From a virus (lineage: Duplodnaviria; Heunggongvirae; Uroviricota; Caudoviricetes): DNA of 41,779 bases. This document shows, in pieces, positions 11,245-26,968 of the stretch. The stretch's first letter is position 1. Every line of letters begins with the position of its first letter. The position numbers and the translations under genes are program-made. The stretch is taken from the IMG/VR virus record IMGVR_UViG_2721755647_000004; one strand, given 5' to 3'. The notes below the pieces were generated by a model, which saw only the letters and a program-made list of their open reading frames with translations, was not told the DNA's origin and searched no databases.

Positions 11245-11671
11245 ACCGGACTCCTCCTGCGATCCCTTCTGATACTGTCATCAGCATTACGTCATCCTCC
11301 GTCATGTCCGCCACATCCGGGGAAACGGGGATAACTTCATTCACATCCGGGCCAAAGCGGACGCCTCCGGCAAGCCCTGCCGCTTTCTGCATCAGCACAT
11401 CATCTTCAGGCTCTTCGTCAGCCTCACGCCGGTTCAGCAAACTGAAATCCAGCGGATGCATCTCCGGATCGCTGAAAAACAGGCTGAGCACGGTGTACGT
11501 CAGCCCGGAAAAGTGCATATCCAGCAGAACATCATGAAAATAATGGGTACTGTAAAAGCGGTGCCAGTCGGCATACTCCGTGGATGACATCCCGGCAAGC
11601 ATGGCGCGCCAGTCGGGTCGCCCCATCTCACGCGCCAGTTTCAGGGCAAAACTCAGCTCACCGTCGAACAC
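11237..11671 (-). CDS. T: tail assembly protein T (C-terminal part of the G-T frameshift fusion)
   Basis: 144-aa ORF overlapping the end of G; slippery heptamer GGGAAAG on the minus strand at 11671..11677. Confidence 0.8.
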   Translation of the reverse strand: MFDGELSFALKLAREMGRPDWRAMLAGMSSTEYADWHRFYSTHYFHDVLLDMHFSGLTYTVLSLFFSDPEMHPLDFSLLNRREADEEPEDDVLMQKAAGLAGGVRFGPDVNEVIPVSPDVADMTEDDVMLMTVSEGIAGGVRYG

Positions 11672-12075
11672 TTTCCCGCAGAAACAGGCTCTGCAGGCCC
11701 GACGTCCTCTGCCTGTTCAGGGGCATCATTCATCACAAACTCATACATACCGGACAGCCGGTACACCACGTTTTCAGCATGAGAAATTGCCTCTGTGGGC
11801 CAGGTGGTAAGCACTTCCTGCTCAATCTGTTTAACGGCTTCATTCATGGAAGGCTGCTTTGTCTTCTGCGGATGGTTATGCCACAGGGACATAGCCACCA
11901 CAAAAGCACCGGTTCTGATGGCGTCTTCCACAGTAAACTTCCGGTTGCTGTCTGACTCCGCCTGTTCTGCCTGCCGTTTCATCAGGGCGAGATGCTCAAT
12001 ACGCTGCAGGGCTGACAGTTCAGAAAGCGTGACGGTCACGCCGTTATGTTCAAATGATTCGGTTTTCAGGAACAT
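11653..12075 (-). CDS. G: tail assembly chaperone G
   Basis: 140 aa, as lambda G; lies between V and T. Confidence 0.85.
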   Translation of the reverse strand: MFLKTESFEHNGVTVTLSELSALQRIEHLALMKRQAEQAESDSNRKFTVEDAIRTGAFVVAMSLWHNHPQKTKQPSMNEAVKQIEQEVLTTWPTEAISHAENVVYRLSGMYEFVMNDAPEQAEDVGPAEPVSAGKCSTVS

Positions 12076-12090
12076 CGCTGACTCTCCGGA

Positions 12091-12831
12091 TTAACTGTCG
12101 GTGACAGTGATTTCTGCAACCGCAGCAAGTTCACCATTACCGGATACAACCGGAATGTTGACCTTACCTGCAGCAACGCCTTTCACGGTGATGGTCATAC
12201 CACTGACCGACACGATGGCTTTTGTTTTATCCGCTGACACCGCACGGAAGCTCTTGTCAGTTGCGCCCTCCGGCTGGAATGCCACGGTCAGCGTGGTGCT
12301 CTGCCCTTTCACCACCGAGGAGCTGGCAGGCGTCACAGTCATACCGGTTGCCGCCGTCACCGTACTGCGATCTTCTGCCATTGACGGACGGCCCACATTG
12401 GTGACCTTCACCGTACGGGTGATCACTTCCTTCGCCGTCACCGCCTTACCGATACTGCTGACCCAGCCACGGAACACATCGACCGTGCCGTTCGGGAAGC
12501 GGATTTTATAGGCACGGGTATCCCCTTCATTAAACCACGCCAGCAGCGCCTGCTGCCCCTGCTCTCCGGGCATCCACGCCAGCGTGAAGCTGGTATCTCC
12601 GGCGGATTTCTGCCCCTGCCCGGTCGCGGTCCAGTCCGCATCTTCATCATCGAGATAACTGTCGTCATAGGACTCAGCGGTCAGTTCGCCGGGCGTCAGG
12701 TCTTTAACTTTAGCCAGACGCGACCAGTCAACATCTGAAAGCGGGTTCGCATAAGGGTCGCCGCTCCCGTTATAAACCCACAGGGTGGTCCCGGCACCTT
12801 TCACCGGCATTACAGGATTTGGTACAGGCAT
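12091..12831 (-). CDS. V: major tail tube protein V
   Basis: Start set at [20 protein letters not shown] to give 246 aa as in lambda V; the ORF track extends 10 codons further upstream to 12861. Confidence 0.9.
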   Translation of the reverse strand: MPVPNPVMPVKGAGTTLWVYNGSGDPYANPLSDVDWSRLAKVKDLTPGELTAESYDDSYLDDEDADWTATGQGQKSAGDTSFTLAWMPGEQGQQALLAWFNEGDTRAYKIRFPNGTVDVFRGWVSSIGKAVTAKEVITRTVKVTNVGRPSMAEDRSTVTAATGMTVTPASSSVVKGQSTTLTVAFQPEGATDKSFRAVSADKTKAIVSVSGMTITVKGVAAGKVNIPVVSGNGELAAVAEITVTDS

Positions 12832-12838
12832 ATCGTCC

Positions 12839-13234
12839 TCACATTTCATAGGTAATGACATACGTCAGATCGGCTGAACTCCACAGGCCCGCATCATCGT
12901 CGCGCCGGTAGTCATAGCCACTGGCCACCATACTGGTGATCAAATCTGACAGTGCCGGGATATCGCTCATCACCGGATAAATCCGGAACTCCATCCACGA
13001 ATCCAGCTCTGAATCCGGCACCTGAGCAGGCAGGAAAACTTCGATATGCAGCTCAGCCTGCCAGGTATCGCTGTCCAGCTCTTCGCCCGTGTATTCAGCG
13101 CCGGTGAGATAAACGGCAACTGCCGGAAAATCCGCCTCATCAAAAACAGCGGGGCGACCATCAAAAAGCGTCGCCCCGGTGTCATGTTTTTCCAGTGCAT
13201 CCAGTACGGCTGCACGGAGTTCTGTATGTTTCAT
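12839..13234 (-). CDS. U: tail terminator protein U
   Basis: 131 aa, as lambda U. Confidence 0.9.
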   Translation of the reverse strand: MKHTELRAAVLDALEKHDTGATLFDGRPAVFDEADFPAVAVYLTGAEYTGEELDSDTWQAELHIEVFLPAQVPDSELDSWMEFRIYPVMSDIPALSDLITSMVASGYDYRRDDDAGLWSSADLTYVITYEM

Positions 13235-13809
13235 CGCTTTATTACCATCCTCAGTTGATGCTGCAGCGCATAGCCCAGCTCTTTCGGAAGACGTTCACGC
13301 CGTATCCGCTCAATATTCTGTTTAAACGCCGTGGTCAGCGGCACTGCCATCGGGATTTTCACCACATCAATGGGGTAACGGTTTTTCCCGGCCACACGCT
13401 GCATGACATGCCACCGGCCATTTTTCAGTTGCTGAATAAACGCGCCGGGAATACGACGGTTTCCCACCACAAGCACGCTGCCGCCACCTTTCAGGGCTGA
13501 ACGCTGCCCCTTTTTACGACGCCTGCGTCGGGACAGGACAATCCGCGCGTTACCCAGCTTTATTACGGGCAAATCCCCCCGGTTAACCTTGATTCTGGCC
13601 TGCGGATTTTTGACCGTGGCCCTTTTCAGCCTGGCCCTTTCCTTTACCAGTTTCCGGCGTACCTTTGTCTCACGGGCAACCTGTGACGCCGACTGCGATA
13701 TCGCGGATGAAGCAACGCGGTTAATGGCCATTGCGGCGGCACCGGGCACCGCCGTTCTGCTGATACGGCTGAGGTTTTCAACGGCCTGCTCAAGACCTTT
13801 TATGGCCAT
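13231..13809 (-). CDS. Z: tail completion protein Z
   Basis: 192 aa, as lambda Z. Confidence 0.9.
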   Translation of the reverse strand: MAIKGLEQAVENLSRISRTAVPGAAAMAINRVASSAISQSASQVARETKVRRKLVKERARLKRATVKNPQARIKVNRGDLPVIKLGNARIVLSRRRRRKKGQRSALKGGGSVLVVGNRRIPGAFIQQLKNGRWHVMQRVAGKNRYPIDVVKIPMAVPLTTAFKQNIERIRRERLPKELGYALQHQLRMVIKR

Positions 13810-13820
13810 ACATCCCCCTT

Positions 13821-14174
13821 TCAGCGGCGACGGTTAACGGCAGGCGGTACGCCCCGCCCAAGCCAGAGATGACAGCTTCCGCCATCATCCGGCGAAATCC
13901 GGTCTATCCAGAAGTTTTCCTCACCGATGGTCAGCGTGTCGCCGCGCCGCAGCTGCCGCACATCATCAGTCCGGACAAACAGGGACGGGCTGGAGCCTTC
14001 AACGCGCACGCCCTGTCCGGCATAGCTGATATTTTCAGGGTCATCAAAAACACCACGTATCACAGCACCGGACTGCTCACCAGATGTCATGGTGGCTGAC
14101 GTTCCCATGTACCCGCGTATCGTTTCATCGGCGCAGGCAATGGCAGCATCGAACAGGTTATCGAAATCAGCCAC
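13821..14174 (-). CDS. FII: head-tail joining protein FII
   Basis: 117 aa, as lambda FII. Confidence 0.9.
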   Translation of the reverse strand: MADFDNLFDAAIACADETIRGYMGTSATMTSGEQSGAVIRGVFDDPENISYAGQGVRVEGSSPSLFVRTDDVRQLRRGDTLTIGEENFWIDRISPDDGGSCHLWLGRGVPPAVNRRR

Positions 14175-14185
14175 AGCGCCTCCCG

Positions 14186-14581
14186 TTATTGCATTCTGGC
14201 CAGGCCGCGCTCTGTCATTTCAGCTGCCACACCGACAGAGACACGGAACGCCGTTCCCGGCAGCACAAATGCCACAGCCTCATCCCGCGTGGCGTGAAGT
14301 GCATCAGTATGCAGCGTCACCAGTGCCACAACCGTGACCAGTTCAGCCGTATCAGTCACGGTATCCGGCTGCGCTGATACAACCTCATTTTCATGTCCGG
14401 TCAGCGCATTTTCCGGGCTGACAGATGTGTCCTGACCGGCAGCGTCATCCGTGTCATCAAGCTCCTCTTCCAGCTCTGCCACACGGAGTGCCAGTTCTTC
14501 TTTCGTCCCCGTCAGGCTGACATCACGGTTCAGTTGCTCACCCAGCACCTGAAGACGGGCAATCAGTTCATCTTTCGTCAT
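14186..14581 (-). CDS. FI: DNA packaging protein FI
   Basis: Start at MTKDELIARLQVLGEQLNRDVSLTGTKEELALRVAEL (lambda FI-like) with GGAG Shine-Dalgarno upstream; the ORF track extends to 14620. Confidence 0.85.
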   Translation of the reverse strand: MTKDELIARLQVLGEQLNRDVSLTGTKEELALRVAELEEELDDTDDAAGQDTSVSPENALTGHENEVVSAQPDTVTDTAELVTVVALVTLHTDALHATRDEAVAFVLPGTAFRVSVGVAAEMTERGLARMQ

Positions 14582-14622
14582 GGACTCCTCCACAGAGAGA
14601 AAATGGCCCCGAAGGGCCATGA

Positions 14623-15648
14623 TTACGCCAGTTGTACGGACACGAACGCATCAGGGTCAGCCAGCAGCATCAGCGGTGCTGACTGAATCATGGTGAACTC
14701 ACGCGCCGGATCGCCGGTGGTCACCCAGTTTTTCGGGTAGCGGGCAGAGGCGTTAATACCTTCGCGCTGTGCGTCCGCATCCTGAATGCAGCCATAGGTG
14801 CGCAGACCGCGTGCCTGAGTGTTCCCCAGCACCATCGTGTTGTCCGGAAGGAAGTTCTTTTTGACGTCGTTTTCCACGTACTGTCCGGAATACACGACGA
14901 TCGCCGTATCACCATACATCCCCTTATAGGACACCGCTTCGCCCAGGTCTTTTACCGCTGTCTCCAGTTCGGAATTAGAGCCGCGACGGGTATCCAGCTT
15001 CTCCCTGACGGCTTTGAAGGAACGGAACAGCGCCCAGCCTTTCGGATCAAACACGATGATGTTCACCACACCGCTGGCGTTCAGCGCGTAGGCTTCGATA
15101 TCGTCGGTCGGGTCATACGTGGACTTGTCACGCTTGCTCCACTCCGTGCCGCCGGACTGTGTGATGTTATTCGCCGCACTGCGGCCCATATCCACCTCAA
15201 CCGGATCGAAGGCTTCACCGGTCATGGTGTATTTGCCCTTGAGCACGGCAGAAACGGCCTGCATCTCTTCGACCTGAGCAATGGCCAGCTCTTCGTCTCG
15301 CATGTTCTGCAGGATAATGCGACGGCGGCGGTAAGCCGGGTCCGCCACATTCTGTGGATCTTCATCCGGCAGGCGACGCAGGGTCATCTGCGGATTCACC
15401 TCATGCTTCGGCTTGACATATCCCGGTGTAAATTCAGAGGTGGAGCCGCCACGGGAGCGGATAACCTCACCGGAAACAATCGGCGAAACGTACAGCGCCA
15501 TGTTTACCAGTCCCGGAATTTGTGAGAGATAGACTTTCTCCGTGGTGAAGGGATAGCTCTCACGGAAAAAGAGACGCAGAAACAGCGGATCAAACTTAAA
15601 TTTCTTCTCATTTGCCGCCAGCAGCTGGGCGGTTGTGTACATCGACAT
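14623..15648 (-). CDS. E: major capsid protein E
   Basis: Start at MSMYTTAQLLAANEKKFKFDPLFLRLFFRESYPF (lambda E N-terminus), 341 aa; the ORF track extends 9 codons upstream. Confidence 0.95.
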   Translation of the reverse strand: MSMYTTAQLLAANEKKFKFDPLFLRLFFRESYPFTTEKVYLSQIPGLVNMALYVSPIVSGEVIRSRGGSTSEFTPGYVKPKHEVNPQMTLRRLPDEDPQNVADPAYRRRRIILQNMRDEELAIAQVEEMQAVSAVLKGKYTMTGEAFDPVEVDMGRSAANNITQSGGTEWSKRDKSTYDPTDDIEAYALNASGVVNIIVFDPKGWALFRSFKAVREKLDTRRGSNSELETAVKDLGEAVSYKGMYGDTAIVVYSGQYVENDVKKNFLPDNTMVLGNTQARGLRTYGCIQDADAQREGINASARYPKNWVTTGDPAREFTMIQSAPLMLLADPDAFVSVQLA

Positions 15649-15703
15649 AAAAAAATCCCGTAAAAAAAGCCGCACAGGCGGCCTTTAGTGATGAAGGGTA
15701 AGG

Positions 15704-16036
15704 TTAAACGATGCTGATTGCCGTTCCGGCAAACGCGGTCCGTTTTTTCGTCTCGTCGCTGGCAGCCTTCGGCCAGAGCACATCCTCATAACGGAACGTG
15801 CCGGACTTGTAGAACGTCAGCGTGGTGCTGGTCTGGTCAGCTGCAACCGCCAGAATGCCAACGGCAGCACCGTCGGTGGTGCCATCCCACGCAACCAGCT
15901 TACGGGTGGCGGTGTCCAGCATCAGCGGGGTCATTGCAGGCGCTTTCGCACTCAATCCGCCGGGCGCGGTTGCGGTATGAGCCGGGTCACTGTTGCCCAG
16001 CGGCTGGTAATGGGTAAAGGTTTCTTTGCTCGTCAT
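15704..16036 (-). CDS. D: capsid decoration protein D
   Basis: [42 protein letters not shown]... matches lambda D; 110 aa. Confidence 0.95.
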   Translation of the reverse strand: MTSKETFTHYQPLGNSDPAHTATAPGGLSAKAPAMTPLMLDTATRKLVAWDGTTDGAAVGILAVAADQTSTTLTFYKSGTFRYEDVLWPKAASDETKKRTAFAGTAISIV

Positions 16037-16045
16037 AAACATCCC

Positions 16046-17345
16046 TTACACTGGTGTGTTCAGCAAATCGTTAACGGCATCAGATGCCGGGTTACCTGCA
16101 GCCAGCGGTGCCGGGGCACCCTGCATCAGACGATCCAGCGCAGTGTCACTGCGCGCCTGTGCACTCTGTGGTGCTGCGGCCAGAATGCGGCGGGCCGTTT
16201 CCACGGTCATACCGGGGGTTTCAGCCAGCACGCGTGCCTGTTCTTCGCGTCCGTGAGCCTCCTCACAGTTGAGGATCCCCATAATGCGGCTGTTTTCTGC
16301 CGCAACCGCTGCGGTGATCTGCGCGTTCACGTCCGGCTGCGCCGCGCTGGCGTTTTCGCCCTCCGTCGCTGGCACCACGTCAGTAACGTCAGCCTGCGAA
16401 GCAGTGGCTGAAACAGTTGTTGATTGAGTCTCTTTGGTCATTCGCCCTCCTGAGAGACGGGATTTACGTGCATCCAGTGCATCACGCATGACGGTGATCG
16501 CATCGGTGCTGTTAACAAGTTCATCAGCCAGTCCGGCATCAATGGCCTCCTGACCGCTGTACACTGCAGCCTCGGTATCCAGCACAGCCTGCACGGACAG
16601 GCCGGTATATGCCGACACCTTCTGCGCAAATATCCGACGGGTTGCATCCATCCGGGACTGCAGTGTCTCCCGGACGTCATCCGGAAGATGGCTGTAGGGG
16701 TTGCCATCCACCTTATGGCTGCCGCTGTAAATCAGCGTGATTTCCACGCCCTGTTTCTCCAGCGCAGCACCGTAATTACTGTGAGCCATCATGACGCCGA
16801 TGGAGCCTGTCCGGGCGGTCTGCGTGACCAGACGCCGGGAAGCGGCGCTGGCAAGCAGCTGACCTGCACTGCAGTTCATGTCGTTGGCCAGCGCCCATAC
16901 CGGTTTTATGTCACGCACACGGGCGATGATGTCAGCGCAGTCAAATGCCCCCGCCACCATCCCGCCGGGCGTGTCCATATCGAGCAGAATGCCGTCCACC
17001 ATCGGATCGCTGGCAGCCTGTTGCAGACGGGCGATAATGCCGTTGTAACCGGTCATTCCCGAATACGGCTGCAGCGCCCGCGTCCGGCTGACCAGCGTGC
17101 CGGACACCGGCAGCACGGCGATGCCGTTCATGACCTGATAACTGCGGGCCTGTCGTGGTCCGTCATCATTAACGGATAACGCCAGCGCCGCGGGTGCCTC
17201 TCCGGCAGTCAGGCTGTCGCCAGATACTGCATCCGTCAGGCGGCTGATCCCAAGCTGGCCTGCAAGCGCACAAAAGAAAACCCGCGCATAGGCGGGTTCA
17301 AGCATCAGCGGCTCATTAAAAGCCATGCTGGCAATATGCGGGAGA

Positions 17346-17365
<20 letters not shown>
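16046..17365 (-). CDS. C: capsid assembly protease C, with the scaffold Nu3 nested in frame
   Basis: GTG start at 17365 gives VTAELRNLPHIASMAFNEPLMLEPAYARVFF (lambda C-like) and 439 aa; overlaps the end of B. Confidence 0.85.
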
Positions 17366-21046
<3,681 letters not shown>

Positions 21047-21072
<26 letters not shown>

Positions 21073-21592
21073 TCAGCAACCCCGGTATCAGTTCATCCAG
21101 CGCGGCTGCTTTGTTCATGGCTTTGATGATATCCCGTTTCAGGAAATCAACATGTCGGTTTTCCAGTTCCGGAAAACGCCGCTGCACCGACAGGGGGATC
21201 CCGTCGAGAATACTGGCAATTTCACCTGCGATCCGCGACAGCACGAAAGTACAGAATGCGGTTTCCACTACTTCAGCGGAGTCTCTGGCATTTTTCAGCT
21301 CCTGTGCGTCGGCCTGCGCACGCGTAAGTCGATGGCGTTCGTACTCAATAGTCCCAGGCTGGAGATCTGCCTCGCTGGCAGCCCTGTAATCCTCAACCTC
21401 TTTACGGAGTTTTTCATTTTCGATATCAGCTTCCCTCTGCGCATACCACTGAATTGCCATGGCGGTATCAAATACAGATTCAACGCCCTTACTACCTCCG
21501 GAGACGCAAGGGAGTCCCTGAGACTGCCAGCGTTCAATCGTTCGCGGATCCACGTTGAAAATTTCGGCAAGTTTCTTTTTATTAACCTTCAT
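21047..21592 (-). CDS. Nu1: terminase small subunit Nu1
   Basis: 181 aa; the central and C-terminal sequence ([49 protein letters not shown]...) matches lambda Nu1; the N-terminal HTH part is divergent. Confidence 0.9.
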
Positions 21593-21800
21593 GAAACAGT
21601 CTCACAATAAATACAGGGTCCGACATGAAAGTGCCCGAAAATGACTTTTTTAGGCGTTTTCATGTCGGACCTTTTACGGATTCGATATTAGAAAAAACAA
21701 ATAGTTATGTTCGAGAAGTACCGACATGATTTTCCCCGGAAAAATTTCATAAATAGCGAAAACCCGCGAGGTCGCCGCCCCGTAACCTGTTGGATCGACG
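21593..21800 (-). other. cos: cos site (cosB, cosN, cosQ); cosN 12-nt cohesive end at 21759..21770
   Basis: The plus strand reads ccggaaaaatttcataaatagcgaaaacccgcgaggtcgccgccc, the reverse complement of the lambda left end GGGCGGCGACCTCGCGGGTTTTCGCTATTTATGAAAATTTTCCGG. The following cgtaacctgttggatc resembles the lambda right end. Confidence 0.9.
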
Positions 21801-21928
21801 GAAAGGACCCGAAAACGAGAATAATTATCACTTACAGCAAGAATCGAATCTGATCTATTATGGTGCTTGCTATTATGTGCCGGCACAAGTGCGTCGTTTA
21901 CCGTCATTTCACACAGAGGCATCATCAA

Positions 21929-22180
21929 ATGAAAATCAGAAATATTCTCGCTATCTCCCTTGCGACATCATCCTTCAGTTGCCTGGCATTTAAATCCTCG
22001 CCCAATGTGCTACCAGGACCAACGAATCAACTAACTGCGGTAGAAAGTAAAATTATCGGACATTTTTATGCCCCACACAGTACATTACCCGGAACAACCA
22101 TCACAGGGACATGTGACGCCTCCCCCGTCCCGGGATGCACCTGCCCGTTTTGTACTATGCTGCGTAGCCAAAACCGATAA
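21929..22180 (+). CDS. hypothetical small secreted protein (signal-peptide-like N-terminus)
   Basis: ATG at 21929 gives MKIRNILAISLATSSFSCLAFKSS...; no homology recognised; just beyond cos. Confidence 0.3.
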   Translation: MKIRNILAISLATSSFSCLAFKSSPNVLPGPTNQLTAVESKIIGHFYAPHSTLPGTTITGTCDASPVPGCTCPFCTMLRSQNR

Positions 22181-22543
22181 CATCCGCATTTACCTGGTAT
22201 TCCATGATGAGTTCACGCAGCGACTGATAGAGGAAGGAAAGATGGTTAGTAAAAGCAAGGCACATTGCCGCCGCATGCTGCAGGCATTGCAACAGACGAG
22301 AGCAGGTATTTTTGACCAGTTGGAAAACTGCCAGCATACTTTGCCCGAGTATATCGCCATCTCATCGGAAACCAGTGCAACTCTTATTCATCGGGTTCCA
22401 CCAGAGAAAAAGAAGAAATGAACAGTGAGGCGTTGTGTGGCATACAACGCCTTCTTCCATCATTCCTCGTCAGCCATGACAAAAATATAACCGCTGGCTC
22501 TTTCATTTTTCTCCTGCTTCCAGCCCCTCTCTATCTGGAAGCA

Positions 22544-22870
22544 TCAAGGACGTGACGGCGTAAAGATAAATTGTCTCTTCACTCCCTGACAGGGGCGATT
22601 CTTTTCAAATCGCCATTTCGCCATGGCCTTCACCACTTCATCACGAAACAAATTATGAGGCTCTGAGCGGAGAAAAACGATCCGTGTCACAGTCCCATCA
22701 GCACCAATATCGAACTTAACCTCAACCAGCCCCTTGATATAATTTGCTGCAGCATATTCCGGATATCGTGGATACACCGTCACTAATTGCCGGGGCTCAT
22801 CAGCTTTTTGCTGCGAGCATCCCACTGCCAGGACAGATAACAGAAAAAGTAGTAAAAGGCGTCTTTTCAT
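22544..22870 (-). CDS. lipoprotein with TonB C-terminal-like domain
   Basis: Start at MKRRLLLLFLLSVLAVGCSQQ (lipobox LAVGC). The body YPRYPEYAAANYIKGLVEVKFDIGADGTVTRIVFLRSEPHNLFRDEVVKAMAKWRFE fits the TonB_C pattern (YP..A...G.V.V.F.I..DG.V......F...A..A...WRF). Confidence 0.6.
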   Translation of the reverse strand: MKRRLLLLFLLSVLAVGCSQQKADEPRQLVTVYPRYPEYAAANYIKGLVEVKFDIGADGTVTRIVFLRSEPHNLFRDEVVKAMAKWRFEKNRPCQGVKRQFIFTPSRP

Positions 22871-23350
22871 TTTTATTCCTACGGGTCTTATTCTGACAAT
22901 ATATCCTGTGTTCCAGACTGCCACATCACCACATCCTGTGCCATTATCTGACTCACATTACATACATCGCATCGGGATACAGTAGTAGCACTTTCTGTAA
23001 TACAGCTTCCTGTTTCTTCCACCATCGCACCGGGATAAACCCGCGAATCATTAACGCGGTAAAAACCCGGTGTGCATCGTTTTTAATTATTCCCGCACAC
23101 TCACGCAGAAGGAATTCCCCGTCGGGCTACGGTCATGGTTAATGCGGGAATACGGCGACGATACAGCGCAGCTAAAAGGGTAATGGACGGATAGACCGGT
23201 TTATTTCATTCCACAGGATTCTGAGTGTCCCCAACTTCCTCCAATAGTCTGAGCCCACCTGTGTAGTTTTAATTTTCATCAATCCATTTAACTATCGTTT
23301 AATTGTTGTCACATAGGATTCTGCCGTTTTTAACAATGCAGGATAATAAG

Positions 23351-23644
23351 ATGAAAAAAATGTTGTTTTCTGCCGCTCTGGCAATGCTTATTACAGGATG
23401 TGCTCAACAGACGTTTACTGTTGGAAACAAACCTACAGCAGTAACACCAAAGGAAACCATCACCCATCATTTCTTCGTTTCGGGAATTGGGCAGAAGAAA
23501 ACTGTCGATGCAGCAAAAATTTGTGGTGGTGCAGAAAATGTTGTTAAAACAGAAACCCAGCAAACATTCGTAAATGGATTGCTCGGTTTTATTACTTTAG
23601 GCATTTATACTCCGCTGGAAGCGCGTGTGTATTGCTCACAATAA
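23351..23644 (+). CDS. bor: Bor outer-membrane lipoprotein (serum resistance)
   Basis: MKKMLFSAALAMLITGCAQQTFTVGNKPTAVTPKETITHHFFVSGIGQKKTVDAAKICGG... is near-identical to lambda Bor (97 aa); opposite strand to the late genes, as in lambda. Confidence 0.95.
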   Translation: MKKMLFSAALAMLITGCAQQTFTVGNKPTAVTPKETITHHFFVSGIGQKKTVDAAKICGGAENVVKTETQQTFVNGLLGFITLGIYTPLEARVYCSQ

Positions 23645-23675
23645 TTGCATGAGTTGCCCATCGATATGGGCAGCT

Positions 23676-24137
23676 CTATCTGCACTGCTCATTAATATAC
23701 TTCTGGGTTCCTTCCAGTTGTTTTTGCATAGTGATCAGCCTCTCTCTGAGGGTGAAATAATCCCGTTCAGCGGTGTCTGCCAGTCGGGGGGAGGCTGCAT
23801 TATCCACGCCGGAGGCGGTGGTGGCTTCACGCACTGACTGACAGACTGCTTTGATGTGCAACCGACGACGACCAGCGGCAACATCATCACGCAGAGCATC
23901 ATTTTCAGCTTTCGCATCAGCTAACTCCTTCGTGTATTTTGCATCGAGCGCAGCAACATCACGCTGACGCATCTGCATGTCAGTAATTGCCGCGTTCGCC
24001 AGCTTCAGTTCTCTGGCATTTTTGTCGCGCTGGGCTTTGTAGGTAATGGCGTTATTACGGTAATGATTAACAGCCCATGACAGGCAGACGATGATGCAGA
24101 TAACCAGAGCGGAGATAATCGCGGTTACTCTGTTCAT
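23676..24137 (-). CDS. Rz: spanin inner-membrane subunit Rz
   Basis: Start at [45 protein letters not shown]; 153 aa, lambda Rz-like. Confidence 0.9.
   Translation of the reverse strand: MNRVTAIISALVICIIVCLSWAVNHYRNNAITYKAQRDKNARELKLANAAITDMQMRQRDVAALDAKYTKELADAKAENDALRDDVAAGRRRLHIKAVCQSVREATTASGVDNAASPRLADTAERDYFTLRERLITMQKQLEGTQKYINEQCR
23735..23917 (-). CDS. Rz1: spanin outer-membrane lipoprotein Rz1 (embedded in Rz, +1 frame)
   Basis: 60 aa: [60 protein letters not shown], matching lambda Rz1. Confidence 0.9.
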   Translation of the reverse strand: MRKLKMMLCVMMLPLVVVGCTSKQSVSQCVKPPPPPAWIMQPPPDWQTPLNGIISPSERG

Positions 24138-24248
24138 TGCTGACCCCACAAACAGATTTCACGCTCAATCTCACGACGAGTCATGAGACCTTTCCATTGC
24201 TTACCGCCAGCATATGTCCAGCGACGTAGCTGATCACATGAGCCTTTG
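24134..24248 (-). pseudogene. R: C-terminal fragment of SAR endolysin R (phage 21 type), separated from its 5' part by the IS insertion
   Basis: Minus-strand translation reads [37 protein letters not shown] stop. The stop overlaps the Rz ATG. Confidence 0.85.
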
Positions 24249-26202
<1,954 letters not shown>

Positions 26203-26591
26203 CCTTTGATATCGCCCTGGTTTATTTTGCGAAGAAGCGTCGATGTTCTGAAATTACCAGCACCCACGTTGTAAACGAATGAGTAAAGAGCGCCGCGCGT
26301 TGTTTCCGGTATATCGACTGTGATGTACGGGTTAATTTGTCTGGCGACAGTGGCAAGGTCTTTATTCAGGAGTGCTTTGCATTCTGCTTTGGTATACGTT
26401 TTACCGAGCATGATGTCTTTTCCTGTATGCCCGTGACATACAGTCCATACACCAACAATATCTTTGTATGGTATGTAGCTGACACCTTCCAGACCATCGT
26501 TACCACTTGGGCCAGTGATTAACACTGATGCTATAGCAATTGCTCCGCCACCAATAGCAGCAGCAACGGCTTTTCGTAATGATGGAGGCAT
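26203..26591 (-). pseudogene. R: N-terminal fragment of SAR endolysin R (phage 21 type), truncated by the IS insertion
   Basis: [59 protein letters not shown]... has a signal-anchor-release N-terminus and lysozyme fold. The frame joins the 24134..24248 fragment across one copy of the target repeat to give a 165-aa protein. Confidence 0.85.
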
Positions 26592-26806
26592 TATTCACCT
26601 CTCGCAGCCTTGCGCTTATCTTCTTTAATCTTGAAATAAAGGTTTGTCAGGTACGTCAGCAGGCCAAATACCAGGCTACCCAGCACACCTATTGCCGCCC
26701 ACTGTGAGGGCGTGACTTTATCGAGCAACTGTAAAAACCAGTACCCGGCACTACCTGCTGAGGTACCATAGGCGACACCCGTTGTTAACTTATCCATGGA
26801 TTTCAT
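26591..26806 (-). CDS. S: class II holin / pinholin S (phage 21 type) with dual-start motif
   Basis: 71 aa: [71 protein letters not shown]; Met1 and Met4 starts; two TM segments; stop overlaps the R start. Confidence 0.9.
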
Positions 26807-26937
26807 AACCCCACCTCGCAGACAAAGCGGGTGTAAATTAAGGGGATACTACGTATCGCAATAAAGGCAGAAACGTAACAGATTCGGAGTCAGTGAATAA
26901 CTCAGGTATTGGGTTATCAGCTAATATCGAGACTCAA

Positions 26938-26968
26938 AAAATGGAAAAACCCGCTCGACGGCGGGTTT
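26938..26968 (-). terminator. intrinsic terminator-like hairpin upstream of S (candidate tR')
   Basis: Stem aaacccgc/gcgggttt with loop tcgacg at 26947..26968. On the minus strand it is followed by a T-run (tttttccatttttt). Confidence 0.45.

Noticed and set aside
22068-22421. 117-aa plus-strand ORF ending in a poly-Lys tail
   Set aside because: No Shine-Dalgarno sequence, overlaps the small secreted-protein ORF in another frame, and no recognisable features; cannot be supported from sequence alone.
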